Source: Trichoplax adhaerens (lineage: Eukaryota; Animalia; Placozoa). Taken from it: 64,000 nucleotides of DNA. The notes beneath the pieces are model-generated. The model was given only the letters and a program-made list of their open reading frames with translations, did not search any database and had not been told where the DNA came from. The DNA is taken from positions 62,001 through 126,000 of the forward strand of contig NW_002060965.1 in assembly GCF_000150275.1 (NCBI RefSeq), in the 5' to 3' direction. Shown piece by piece: positions 42,501 through 55,311 of the stretch; positions within the stretch are counted from its first letter, which is position 1; each line of letters starts with the position of its first letter. A program made the position numbers and the translations under genes.

Positions 42501-43688
42501 AATGCTTGACCTAGTACATCTTGAGTGTCCCAATTATAGCATACAATGAACTTCCTTGAAGGTATATTCGACAACTTAGACATTGTTTCGGTTTAGCAAT
42601 TGACTTTATACATCTGCAGTCTCACATAATAATATAATATAATGATATACAATGTTCGTGTTATCTGTAAGTTCTACGTACGGCAAATAGAGAATTATGA
42701 AGCTAGTACCACTAATAATGACTCTATACAACTGTAAACTAGTATAGATATTACAGTGGCAATAGCTATATGCGAATAATTGATATAGAAGCTGAAAAGA
42801 TTCTCCTTTTTCCGATATATAATAATTTAATTGGCAACGTTATTTCTTTACTTTTTCCTATTATAGTCGGTCTACCCATAATCAGTTGGAAAAAAAAAGG
42901 TTAGTTTAAGATGAATATCCAAGCCTATAAGATTGGCCTGGCCTACTCTTGTTAAACTATTCTACTTAGATTATACAGAAGAAGTTCAATTGATCAATGT
43001 GTATACTACGATATTCATTGCAGACTATCTACAGTACATTCTTAACAAATTTGTATATGATATCATTACTTTTACAGTACTACGCACTAATTCAGTCTTT
43101 GATCAAACAATAAGCGATTGATTTAATAACAGCATTTATTCTTGTTAAACACAGGAGAGCGCATTTGCGTACATGCATGGAATCACTTCGTTCATCAGTA
43201 CCAGCATTGAATGGAAATAAAGCTACAACGCTGTCACTGCTGGAAGGTGCCAGAGATTACATCGAGGTATGGTTAATATGGAATACTTTATGTTTAATTT
43301 GACAGAGAAGATTGTCGTTATTATCATAGTTGCTTTTACCTTGTTATTATAGTATACTACTAGACGAAATGTCATGCAAAGTATCGATATAAAGTCTTTA
43401 ATGATATCTTTTTTATGTCATTAAATAAAGGCATTAAAATCAACTGCTTCTAAAACCGTACAAACGCAAGAAAAATTAAGAAAACAAAGAGAACTTTTAC
43501 GAAAACGTATTTCTGATTTGGAATTGCAAGTTAATGCTTTAGGCGGACAAGGTTATGTGCCTCAAAAATGGGCTTCCAAAGATAACGAAGAGGAAAATAT
43601 TGAAGTCGATGTTGTTAGCAGTGAGGATGATTGTCTAAGCTCATTTAGTGGTGGCAGTGATGGCTGTGCAGCTGATAATCGAATATAA
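33541..43688 (+). CDS. MXD: Max dimerization protein (Mad/Mxi1 family) bHLH-Zip repressor; exons 33541-33610, 35396-35447, 42867-42899, 43155-43266, 43431-43688 (174 aa)
   Basis: N-terminal Sin3-interaction domain MTGLESLLKAAKYLEQQ, basic region RSTHNQLEKKRRAHLRTCMESLR, HLH KATTLSLLEGARDYIE, zipper QEKLRKQRELLRKRISDL and C-terminal EENIEVDVVS. All splice phases are compatible with GT-AG introns. Confidence 0.92.
36903..37112. repeat. Recent ~66 bp tandem duplication in Mxd intron 2
   Basis: AAATCAATTCCTTTTGAT.GAACTCT.TTCATCACCCT.GTCAGTAAAGTAGGACAGGATATCATC at ~36903 and ~37011; CATCAAAAGAGTCGGC also occurs twice. Confidence 0.9.
41818..42012. repeat. Tandem duplication, 2 x ~100 bp, in Mxd intron 2
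   Basis: GATGATTGC.TTGTATCGCAT.GACCATTCTC...TTAATATTCATTGATT...CTATCACTGTCAT occurs twice. Confidence 0.85.
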
Positions 43689-44698
43689 AGTTAAAAAACT
43701 GTGCAACTCCTGACCTGCTATATGCAGAAATTGCATAATATCATTTCCGATGTGATTGTCAATTAAATACACCAAAGCCGCTGTCACCAGATTTCATTTT
43801 GGTAACGAAAAAGACGTCCATACTAAAGCGTAAAAACAAGCTACATTGTTAGATTTAGTTTTAACCGTATCGTTTGCATCGATCGCACTATTACGTCATA
43901 CTAATTGTGGTGCTTGCAATGTGCTCGTTATTGGACTATTGCAACTTGGACATATAGACTATCTGTATTATTTCGATAATAAGGATACGTAATTTTTGTG
44001 TTAGTTGTAATCGATTGATGACATTCCTCTATTGATATTGTTAACCCTATGCTACCTTGTCTAACTTGATGGCTCCTACACTAAACTTAAATTATCTATT
44101 AATAGCGTTTATCTTGTAAGGATTTCTCGCACACTTTCGTTGCGCAAACCTGAAATTTTTCATCAATTTTTAAATATCACAAATTGCTTTTAATAGCTGT
44201 TTGTTTAGTTATAAATAATGCTACAGTAGCATCAATCTTAAATAACATTATGAAAATTGAATATCTGTCAATATAGCAATAGCATTAACAATTTGATCGT
44301 GTGCTATTCTGATGTTAACTTAGCTTAGAGGGCGTGATTAATATCAAGTCTACTTTTCTAAGTTTGGTTAAATGGCAACATACTTGTTGCTAACTAACTT
44401 AGTAATTATCTCAAACTTTGTTTTATATTGTCCCTTGATCTTTTGATCATAGCGTTAGTAATCGAGTCATGTGATGGATTGTTGATTAAAAAATCGAAAA
44501 AGCATGTATAATTTAAATAAGAAAAACAATGTTGATAATTGTGCATCGCTTTTGATTTTCTACATCATGACTATATGCTAACCAAAACGATATCTTTGTA
44601 CTTGTACTGGATACGGTACGTTATAGTGAAAAAAAAACAAAAAAAATGTGAATATAACGAATAAGTTTTTTTTCTCTAATAAGATACGTTACTTAAGA

Positions 44699-44739
<41 letters not shown>

Positions 44740-44760
44740 CGACTATATATGTATACGTAT
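44699..44760. repeat. (TA)n microsatellite
   Basis: Run of ATATAT... with minor interruptions. Confidence 0.9.
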
Positions 44761-47700
44761 ACTATCGAAAATGTCACCATGCACACATACGTTGGATTAT
44801 TATAGTATGAATGAAGCAGATTACCCCTTGGCTAGATGTTATTGAGTAAAAATAACGCTTGATGTAGAATATATTTGTGTATTTGTAAGTAAGTGTGTGT
44901 TTGTGAGCATAAACCCCCAAAAATGTAACTAAATATGCGTAACGAATTCTGTGAATGAATATAGTATTGTATTTGCAACCGAAAAATAAAAAATTTTTCC
45001 CAGATTTTATATTAGTTCTCCGTGAATCGAATACATGCATTCCATCTTTTTGATCTCTTACTAGGAAATGCCAGCAACCGCCGACTGTTTACAAAAGGTT
45101 CCACTTTTACTAGCAGGTAAAGGTCAATTTAAAAGGTCTCTTAATCTATTATCAAAATCAGTATCGGTGATTTTATTTATATTTTTTTTATCGCTTCTAA
45201 TTCTGATTTGATAATAAGTAATATCAAAGATATCAAGATAAAAATAAGAATGGTTAATATAGTTAAAGTCCATGTACCATATTGATAAATTCATGTAGAC
45301 TATAGCCAAGGACAATATTACTGGGGATAGACAGTTCCATCAACTTCAAACTTCTTTCGAGTGGTAGGCTAGTGAAATATTGGAACTTGTTCAAAATCTA
45401 GTGCAAATAGTTTTAAGTTAACTTCTAAAATTCGCACTGTAATTTAGATAGTTTAAGTATATTATGTTTTTTGGCCTACAAGTGTTCCTAATCTATAGAA
45501 AATTAAAGACTCTAGTAACTGAATAAAGGTCTGCATTGCCTTAAATTGTATGATGCAATGATTAGTTCTGCAATGCCACAAATCACCGCATTACTAGAAA
45601 TCTACAGCGGCTTATCCAAATATATAGTACATTATAAAACATAGTACTGGCTCGGCATAATTACCATTTCCTTGTGACTAGGACTGTGGTATCAAATCAT
45701 TATTATTAACCCCACGGGTTTAATTTTAATAAATAACTAAATAGGAAAAGTAGCACAAATAGTGATGAAGGTAAATTAATTAAATAACATTCGTCATATT
45801 CAAGGCTGGCTTTACTGCATGCACTCTTCCTCTAATGGTAGAAAAGTGGGGGCCATCTCTACATTGTATAAGTAATATTTCTGGACTCGACTTAGGTATT
45901 TCAGGCCCTACTTTTTTCGTCGATGCTTCTTTGGTTAAATTAATATAATTTTAGAGATGTTTGGTAAACTTATTCTGTATACATCATAAAACTTGCAGCT
46001 GTGTTTACCTCGTCATGGCTGAGATCAGAACTAGCCACTACGAAAATGTTTATCAGATTAAGTATTCAATGAGACTCTGCCTCTTTAGCCACGTTTTTAA
46101 TACTGTATGTATCATTTCTAGATTTTTCTATAGCTTTAACGCAAATATTGATCACTTGTAAAGACTGACAGTACTATCGTAAGCATTTATTGTCTACGAG
46201 AGACTAGTAAGCTAGGTAGAACGGAGTATTAATATTGCCGTCGTAGTTTTTACTTGAGTTAACTAGACTCCCTATTGGAACCAATTTGATATCAACAACT
46301 ATAAGTATTTGATTGCTTGGTAATATACTATGCTATGGCAAGATAAATTCTCAACACGAGTCAGTACTATTTTCAGAAACTACAGGAGATTGCAAGTATT
46401 AGCACAAAGATAACGATAGCTCAAGCCCACAACTGTAGCCAGATGATTCCGTTGTGCTATTGACTCGATTCGTAATGGGTATTTTGTATCTACAAATTGT
46501 ACTTATCGACTAAAAATGGACTCGATATAAAGTCTTTTTACGGTTGGTCTGGCTGTAAATTGATAATCATTATTGTCTTTTCATACTCCAAATTATAAAA
46601 TAAAAATTATTGATTTCGATATACCGAGTTTTAATATCGGATAACAACTCTACCTTGTCTAAATCAAATCAGGCATACCCAGCAAGTTAATAACTACTCA
46701 TTTATTAAGGATAAATAATTCTATCTTAATATTATCAACATTGCCTTTCTAATATCACATTTTGCTATAATTTAATGTTACTATAAGACTATGGAAAGGT
46801 AATTTAATATTCAAATCGATTGCAGATTTAGCCAGAAAATACATTGTTGCGGCAAATTTTACCTATGGCAGTACGCAATATTCTATACACGTGGTATCGG
46901 CAGTCAGAAAGTAGAATAATAGAATAGATTGCCAGCGATGGATAATTTATAACTAATTTTCATAAAATAAGCAAATTAATAAGAGTCACTAATTACGTAA
47001 TTAAATTGTTTATTTGCCTTGGTGGAGAAGAAGAAGGGTGTCAACTATTAAAAATAACAAATAACAAATATCGGACAATATGGTTGCCTTAAAATGATTG
47101 AATTCATGACCTTCACAACAACATTATTCAGGCAATTTGACCAACATACGTGGGTGCATAAAATAAAAATAATATCCTACGCTTGCATGATCATTTGTAT
47201 TAGCTAGATACACGAAACTCTAATAGAACCATATTGTAATCACTAGTTCGTATACAAATTTCCCTTATCAATTTACCCCTGTAGATAATCATTTTAGTCA
47301 ATTTACAAGCGTGATTTTAATCGAATAGCACAATTATTTTTCATCAGCTATGATGGATTATATAACTATCGCTAGAGTGAGTTACTACTCTAGCAAAATG
47401 TTCTAAAACTACCTTACAAATTGCATTCTTATTCAATTATTTCTCGGACCAAAAGTTAGAAAATCGTTCATAACTCAACTATTAAAAGCACTTTAAAATG
47501 ATTAAAAAATTTATGCTGTATAGCGATTGGCTTGAAATTGAATAGCTATTGCTTGTGCTCGTTTGTACTTTTAAAATCGTCTTCAGGGTTATTTTCTATT
47601 CGACAGTTACTAATTCTATCATGACCTGTGATTCGTTTATTTTTTTATTATGGCGACCAACTGGGTTTATCCGTCAATTTCATCATCTTGATAAGTTATA

Positions 47701-50700
47701 TAATGTTGACAAACCAATATTAATTTATAGTATTGGTTGTTTTCACGCTTAGTTATTGCTTCATTAGCGATTACCCACCTCCATGACAATCACCTTTCTG
47801 AATATAGAAACATTGTAGTTGCGTAACATTAAAACGCCTTGGTCATTAAGATATTCCATTTGAAAGCAGAAGTAGAACTAGTTTTATTATGCACTGTAGT
47901 ACGCTGTAGTAAAATGTAATAGAGGCAATATTATTGGTATCTTGCGTATGTTTAGCCATCCGTTAAGTTATAGGCAAAATTAACGATTGACATTTTTTTT
48001 CATCACTAGTAATATTACGGCCGCCCTGAAATATTTGATTAATTGGCGTAAGAATTTTCGAAATAAATGTTTATTATTTATAGATTGTTGATATCTACTG
48101 CTACATTTTCAAATTCAAGCTATATTATTAAACTTATTCTTGCGATATACCGCCAGCTCGTTCATCTTACTCAATTTCAGCTACTATACATGATATTATA
48201 CTAAAGAACATTTTTCCATTTCATTTAATCTCTGCGTTGATGAAATGCTGATAGTTAAACCTTACTCATATATGATGATCTAAACCTCAAGATTCAACAA
48301 CACTTAGAATAATTGCTATCGATATACTGATTTGAGAAATTCAGAGTGACATTAATTGCTTTTAGGATATGCTTCTAGCTTATCCATACACTACGATCAC
48401 AAACCGATTAAAACCGAATCAATTATAATTCATCATCATTGCGGTATTAACCGTTATTCCTGTCTTGCTATAAAATTCTAATATTACACCTATCTCACTC
48501 TACATCATATCAATAATAACCTTGCTACTCACTCATGCAAAGAGTCTGGATTTTAAATTAGGTTTATGTTGTACAGTGATGGGGCATGATATAAAATTAC
48601 TCAATATTAGGAAGCAGTACATTATTCAATTAAATAGAATAAAAAAGCAGTCAGTTGCTGTAGTAACAATTTGTGCAAAAGTTTAATTGTATGCTTTATT
48701 GGTCGTTGATTCAAAATAAATTGGTAGTCTAATTTGCTCATTAGCCACGTTATGCATGTCATGACTATAACATGTAGGATAAAACTGTTTTAGTTATTCA
48801 GCCCACAGACATATTTATAGACATATTCAAATATTTCGAGAACATTTAGCCTACAACGGTTGTTTACCAAAGCACAGCAATAGTGATGACTAATCGTATT
48901 TAACTATAGCAAATTGTTACCATACATATGAACAGGAAGTATGTCATGGCCTAGGCTAAAATTATGGCGTAGAATGATCTTTTATTCGCGTTGTTTATGA
49001 TTTACCGCTTGTATTTGCTTTCTACAAACTCGCCCACTAGTAGGTTTAATACGGAATGATTATCTCATGGGGTCCATAGTACAATTAGCTATTACTATTT
49101 GATCTAATTTAAATTTAAATTTAAAGCAGATCCCATATTTTAGAAAGACCTTTTCAGCACGAATATAACCACTGCTATACAATCAAACCCCTATTTGCCC
49201 ATTTAGGATGTGGAGGATAGTCTTAGTAATCTATCGAGATTTACTTTCATGATCAGCTCACGAGTCTAATATCGTTAAGAAAAGATTGGATAGCAGAATT
49301 GGAATTGGGGCATCCATTTCAATCCTGCAATCATTTCATCCCTACAGCATGGATTGTCCAGTATAGGCTCCATTTGAACTTTATAATTATATCTGCATCA
49401 ACTAATAATCAATAACTTCATCACGAAATAGACCAATAATCAGAAAGGATATGAATACGCGAATGTCATTATTGTCAAATTGGATAATCCTATTGAAGGG
49501 TTGATCCATGACAGCTAGCTTGAAATACAATATTCAGTAAGAATCCATTGGATACCATCTGATTTATGATGAAATCATAATAAACGGCTGATAGAGGAAT
49601 GATAAACATGCATAATGCAGCAAAATTGAATCTAGAACAATCAAACAGGTGAGACAACAGTAGGTGGGTAAATTAATCACGACAGAGAGAAATTGGAACA
49701 GATGTAATTATCTATAATTAATTCAATCATATTATTATTCATCTCTTTCAAGGCGATGGATAGATGGAAATTGGTTGACTTGTTATTGCTTGCCATATTG
49801 TCTTATGGTGTAATATTGGATACGATAGGATGACAGTGAACCTAATGATCGAGTCTTTTCTTGCTTAATACAAGTCTATTTTCAGGTTTAATTTCCACTC
49901 TATCCATTCTCGACAGTCTAGGTTATAACACCTATCAGCTGTTCATATTCTCATTCAAATGACCCAATGTATATTAAATGACTATCCATCACGGCACGAC
50001 TACAAATGGTGACATCATGGATAGCAGTTTGAAAAGAAATTTTTAACAACTCTTTTTCGCTCTTGAATTCCATTTCTCCCTATCGTTATTAAACTATCTA
50101 TTGGAAGATGGAACTGGATGAGGATTACTTCCAGCTATAAATAAAGTCATTATAGTCAATGATGGAGTGAAGAAATTTAAAGTAATCAAAATGATCAACA
50201 GATTATGTGATAGGAACCTAATCAACGATTCTAATGAGGTCATGTTGTGATCAAGTTTGAAGACTATTTGAAGAGGTTGGTAATGATCCAACAAGTTCAA
50301 TTCAAGCCTTACGTTACACCATATGGACGAGATATTATTTCAATGCTAACTTCATTGATAAATTGTAATTATGCATAGCATTATTATCTACCTTGGACGT
50401 CTGTCAATTTCTGTCTCCATCATCCTTAATCAATCAAACGGTAATTCCAATGACAAAAGGTCAATAATGGGTAAATTTGCCATATTTGATTAGATCCATA
50501 TTGATCCTACTACATCATCCATTCCAATTCCAATTTTCAACACTATTATAAGGTAAGGTCATTATTATCATGTTCTACTTGATCACTGGTATAGTGATGT
50601 GTTCTTCATTTTATAGTAAATCATCAGTTTGTTAGACTTGAAAGGATTATTAATACAAGTAATCAATCAAGTTGGAAAATTGCAGTCCTGTTTTTGTCAG

Positions 50701-50759
50701 CCTAATCGCTTACCCTTACTCTTCATTTTGCAACTAGGCTGTTTATACCCCATTTCTAT

Positions 50760-51000
50760 CCTATCTAGACTATTTTCAGCCTATTTCGATTCATCCATTT
50801 TACTTCATAGAAGAAAATAGCCATTTGATCCTGTTTTGATCCTGTCTAGATTATTTCCAGCCCATTTCGAGCCAGCCATTTTTGCTTCATTGGAGAAGAT
50901 AGTCTATTGGCCCTCTTTTGTTGCTTTCTAGAAGACTGTTTCCAGCCTATTTCGAGCTCACCATTTTGCTCCATTGAAGAAGATAGTCTACTGATCTTAT
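50760..51000. repeat. Tandem repeat, 3 x ~80-90 bp, immediately upstream of the Not start codon
   Basis: CAGCC.ATTTCGA......CCATTTT.CT.CAT.G.AGAA.ATAG recurs at ~50777, 50858 and 50943. Confidence 0.85.
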
Positions 51001-51090
51001 TTGACTGTGGATTCGCCTTACTCAGAAATTGATTGAATTATCAGAGCTATTTTTCCTTCATCTTGTTTTTGGTAGTCGTCAAACAACAGC

Positions 51091-54000
51091 ATGCAAAATC
51101 CAGTTTATGTTTATGGTGGAAATCTACCAACAGGACCACCTAGTACTGTTGCAGCTCCTGTTCCAATTTATTTGACTGCTCGGCCATGGCAAGCTGCCTA
51201 TATGAATCCTACGTTACCACCAGGGGCAACACCACCTTTCAATTTTAATACCTTAATTCCAACAACGAAAAGTGATGACAACAGCAATCCACCGATGCAC
51301 AATGTTCAAAATCCTATGGCTGCTGCTGTTCAAGGTGGCTATAGGCCTGCCAATCCAGTGCCTATCCGATTTTACGATCCTAATATTAATCCATTAGCCG
51401 CTCAAGCCAATCCAATGAATAAATCACGTTCTAGCGAGAAAGGTAAAGATGATCAATAATGATGATTAGTGTGATTGGAAAGGAAGGAGAACCGTAATAG
51501 TCGTTAGTGAACAACATTTGACAAACTTTTATTAAATAGTTTTCTTGAGAATAATTTCGCCTTGAGAAACAGTAGAGAATATACGTTTATATACTTACTT
51601 ATATAGGACACGGTTGAAACAAAATCAATTTTAGCTGATCATAATTGGTCATTTAAGATACCACTATTTTACATTGTGAATATTAACATAACAAGGCTAA
51701 GCAAAGCAATTGTCTTCAGAAGAGTAATGTCCAATGCTAGAGTTATTTTGCGATCGTATTTCCTGATGTATCTTAATCGTCTTAAAATAAGTCATCCAAG
51801 TATCAAAACTTATTGGCCCAGTGCTATATTAAAATTTGCAATGAAAGGCTCGTTTTTTCTAATTCTTTTGCTCTTCCCGCGTTACCGTTCCAATCACTTT
51901 TCTTCACAGCGTTTAATCATCCACAGTATTAATATATTACACTGAGAGATAGGCCTATTTTAAATTGTAATTTGTTCTTTGTCGTTATTTGGAAGTGGAA
52001 GAATGATACAGGTATAGAAGAATTAATCTGGTCTAACGCCGATTTAGTCTTAAAATGACGGTATCATTGACTTAACCACAACCACTTGTTTTCTATGTCT
52101 CCATTCATATTGCACGGGCCCAAATGAAGAGAAAATGAGGTTACCATCTTGTATTAGTAACTTTATATTCATTATTGCTTACTCACTATATTCATGGCTA
52201 CCGTTTATCGTTACAGCGTAGTCGACACACTAAAATAAATTGAAAATATTTTTTCTGTTGCTAAACTTGCTCCATCACATATCTTTTGACGTATCATTTT
52301 AGCTCAGAGTAATCTTAATTATCAATTCTAATTTGTATTGGATTGGGCTGACCATTAGTAAATCATGTATCGATATTCGATATTGACAGTATAGTTCTAT
52401 TTCAGTCTCTTTAGCTGATGCTATAAGCATGCATGATGAGAAATAGCGAGTGTGTACTAAATATTATCGTTAGGCAAATAAACAACTCAACGATCAACAG
52501 GCGGCATTACCAATCTTATCTACACTAGCATGAATTATGAAGGGTACAAACTATTTTGGTATTTTATTCACTGATCTAGTCAGCAACTCATGCTTGCTAT
52601 TCAATAAAAATATGGTAGTACGGATTAGACTCAATATTGATCTATTCAATAAAGAATTTTTTAGTTGACTTAAAATTGGATATTGGACAATTAACAAAAC
52701 CCCTTATCCAATAACAAATCATTTTAACTTCTAATCAGCAGCATAACATATGGTCAATTAATAAATCCTTCACCTAGTCTATTACCTGAGTAGCCGCTAT
52801 TACATTAATATTATAATGATTCATCCTTTTGTGCAGTCGTCAAGTTATTCATTACTTAATCAATTGGAATTCCTATTTAATCCGGTCAACGATCATCGCC
52901 ATATTGTTCCATTGGTGAGGACTAGCTCAGAGTGGGTATACAGTCTAATGTCATAATTAGAGTCAATTTCTAGTCTGTATTAAAAGTGAATAGATTCAAT
53001 CATGCCAAATGATCTACCGTTCGTAATGGGTAGCTACAGAATAGGATATAATTTATAAATTTCTATTCTGTACTCAAAAATGATGATATTCAACCGTGTC
53101 AAATGGTGTACTGGTAGTAATAAGTAGCTTTGGGATTGGATACAATTTTGTAAAATTCTAGTCTGCATTAAAAATGAAGATGTTCAATCTTGCCCAATAA
53201 TCTACTGTTCGTTATGAGTAGGCAAGGGATCAAACACAATTTGGTTGCATAGTTTCAGTCCAAATATTTTTATTGTGTAGCCAAATATTAATTTTTCTAT
53301 AGTGATAAACTAAGAGAGAAAAAATGGCTGCGTAAAGCTGCAAGCATTTTGACCATTCAAATTGCATTGAAATAAAAAATAAGAGTCTAAATAAAGGAAT
53401 GTTGTAGTTTAGATATTTTAAATTAAAAATTTTTAATAATCGCTTCTGCTTCAATTGGATACAAGCTAATAAAGCCATCCTATTTCTTTTACCAAATAAT
53501 TTTTATAATTTCGGTCGCAAATTTAGAAGCGACAGAAATGCAGCCTATACTTTGACATATTATTTACTACCTTAGCATTACGGGAATGGTAGATATCTTT
53601 CATTGACAGCATTAAGTCAACAAACAATCTGATCAACCCATTTTACTCTTTACACTAAATAAATCTTCAAAATCCCATGCTTACTGTAAAATTAATTAAG
53701 GAGTACTCTTAATTCTCTACAAAAGTAACAGGCTATGAAAATAATTAACAAATCCCCAGGATTGGATCAATAGTGAAATTAACACCGGCAGCGATTAAAG
53801 TAGTCTAGATATGGGTTCGACTTAAGCTTTTTTATAGACTTTGCTGATGTAAATTGAGACATGATAAGAGTCATTACTATTGAAAATTTCGGCATTTTAT
53901 AATAACCTTTACACTCATTGCCAATGCGTAAAATGCTTACCCATTACCGCACCGTAATTAACATTTTTTAGTAATTATGATTAAACATATACTACATAAA

Positions 54001-55311
54001 TATCTATTTAGCAGATACTTATACCAATTGAATAATTTTTTAAAACATTAAAAGAAATAACTAACCCTGGCGAAATATTGCTTAAATTACTTAGGATGCT
54101 AGTATATTTTTTTCATATTCTATGTGCTATCTACAGTATATATTCAATAGACATCATCATATGGTGAACATCTTGTTGATTCTTGTATAATTAAAAATGC
54201 TCCAATACGGTGTTGAATACAGTACAGCATTCAATTCTTAACATAGAATCATTTATTAAATTAATAGTGTACAAACAATGCGTATTTAAAAGCATAAAAC
54301 GAACTAAAAGTAACATGGGGTAATGTACAGTATGTGATTGAAAATTTAGTGTTTAGAGGATATTAATGGTAGTTGTATTGCAGTAAATAGGAAGCTTAAT
54401 TGATTAGGCCATGTTCTTAAGTATTAATGCACATCAATGGATATTAAATAACAATATAAGTTCATATAGCATACGCGCAAAAACTACAGGTTTTGCGCCT
54501 CTATGTATATCAAAGCATACTGGTGGAGGCTCGTATGAGCATTATAAATGCAAACTTTTTTCAATAACAGATTCAGATTATGAAATAGTACTGGAGCTAA
54601 CCTTCTAAATTCTTCAGTAGTACAAATATAAAATAATTTTTAGAATTGAAGGATGTAAATAATGTTAATGATATTCCTACGTGTACGAATATCAGAGGTC
54701 TTTTGTAATACATCAAGGACGTCAAATACAGACCTGATGAATATTATAAGAGCCAGATTCCAATAGCATTGAATTTAAAAAATATTATAAAAATTTGCTA
54801 GTGTTATTTAATTTACTAATAATGCAAGAATTGCTAGGATCATAATTAATATTACGATCTTCTTTATTTCATTTTAGAAAGCAAAAGTAACTCTACAGCA
54901 ATTAGCAGTGGCCATCACCAGCATGTTGAAAAGTTAAGATCATCAGCATCTAATCAACAACATTGGAAATCAGGCAAGAATAAACGTGTTCGAACTATCT
55001 TTACGCCCGATCAACTGACCAAGTTAGAGAAAGAATTTGATCAGCAACAGTATATGGTGGGTGCTCAACGTTTATACTTAGCGAATACATTGAAACTGAG
55101 TGAGGCACAAGTTAAGGTATGGTTTCAAAATCGTCGAATTAAATGGCGAAAAGATCAAATTAAGCGTAGACATACAACAGCAAGTAATGCTAATCATCAG
55201 AATACTTCTTTAACCTCTGTATCTGCTTCTGTTGATGCTCAATCTACAAGTAGCAATGGCAGTAGTAATCCTCAAAGCAGCAGTCGTAGTAGTACCAGTA
55301 GTAATTCATAA
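51091..55311 (+). CDS. Not: Not (NOTO-family, NK-like ANTP class) homeobox transcription factor; exons 51091-51442 and 54878-55311 (261 aa)
   Basis: Homeodomain [59 protein letters not shown] carries Not-diagnostic residues ([21 protein letters not shown]). A Pro-rich exon 1 joins in phase 1 (G|GTAAAG ... TTTTAG|AA). Confidence 0.93.
52965..53225. repeat. Diverged duplication (~70 bp core, ~190 bp period) in the Not intron
   Basis: TTCTAGTCTG.ATTAAAA.TGAA...TTCAATC.TGCC.AAT.ATCTAC.GTTCGT.ATG.GTAG at ~52967 and ~53156. Confidence 0.8.
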
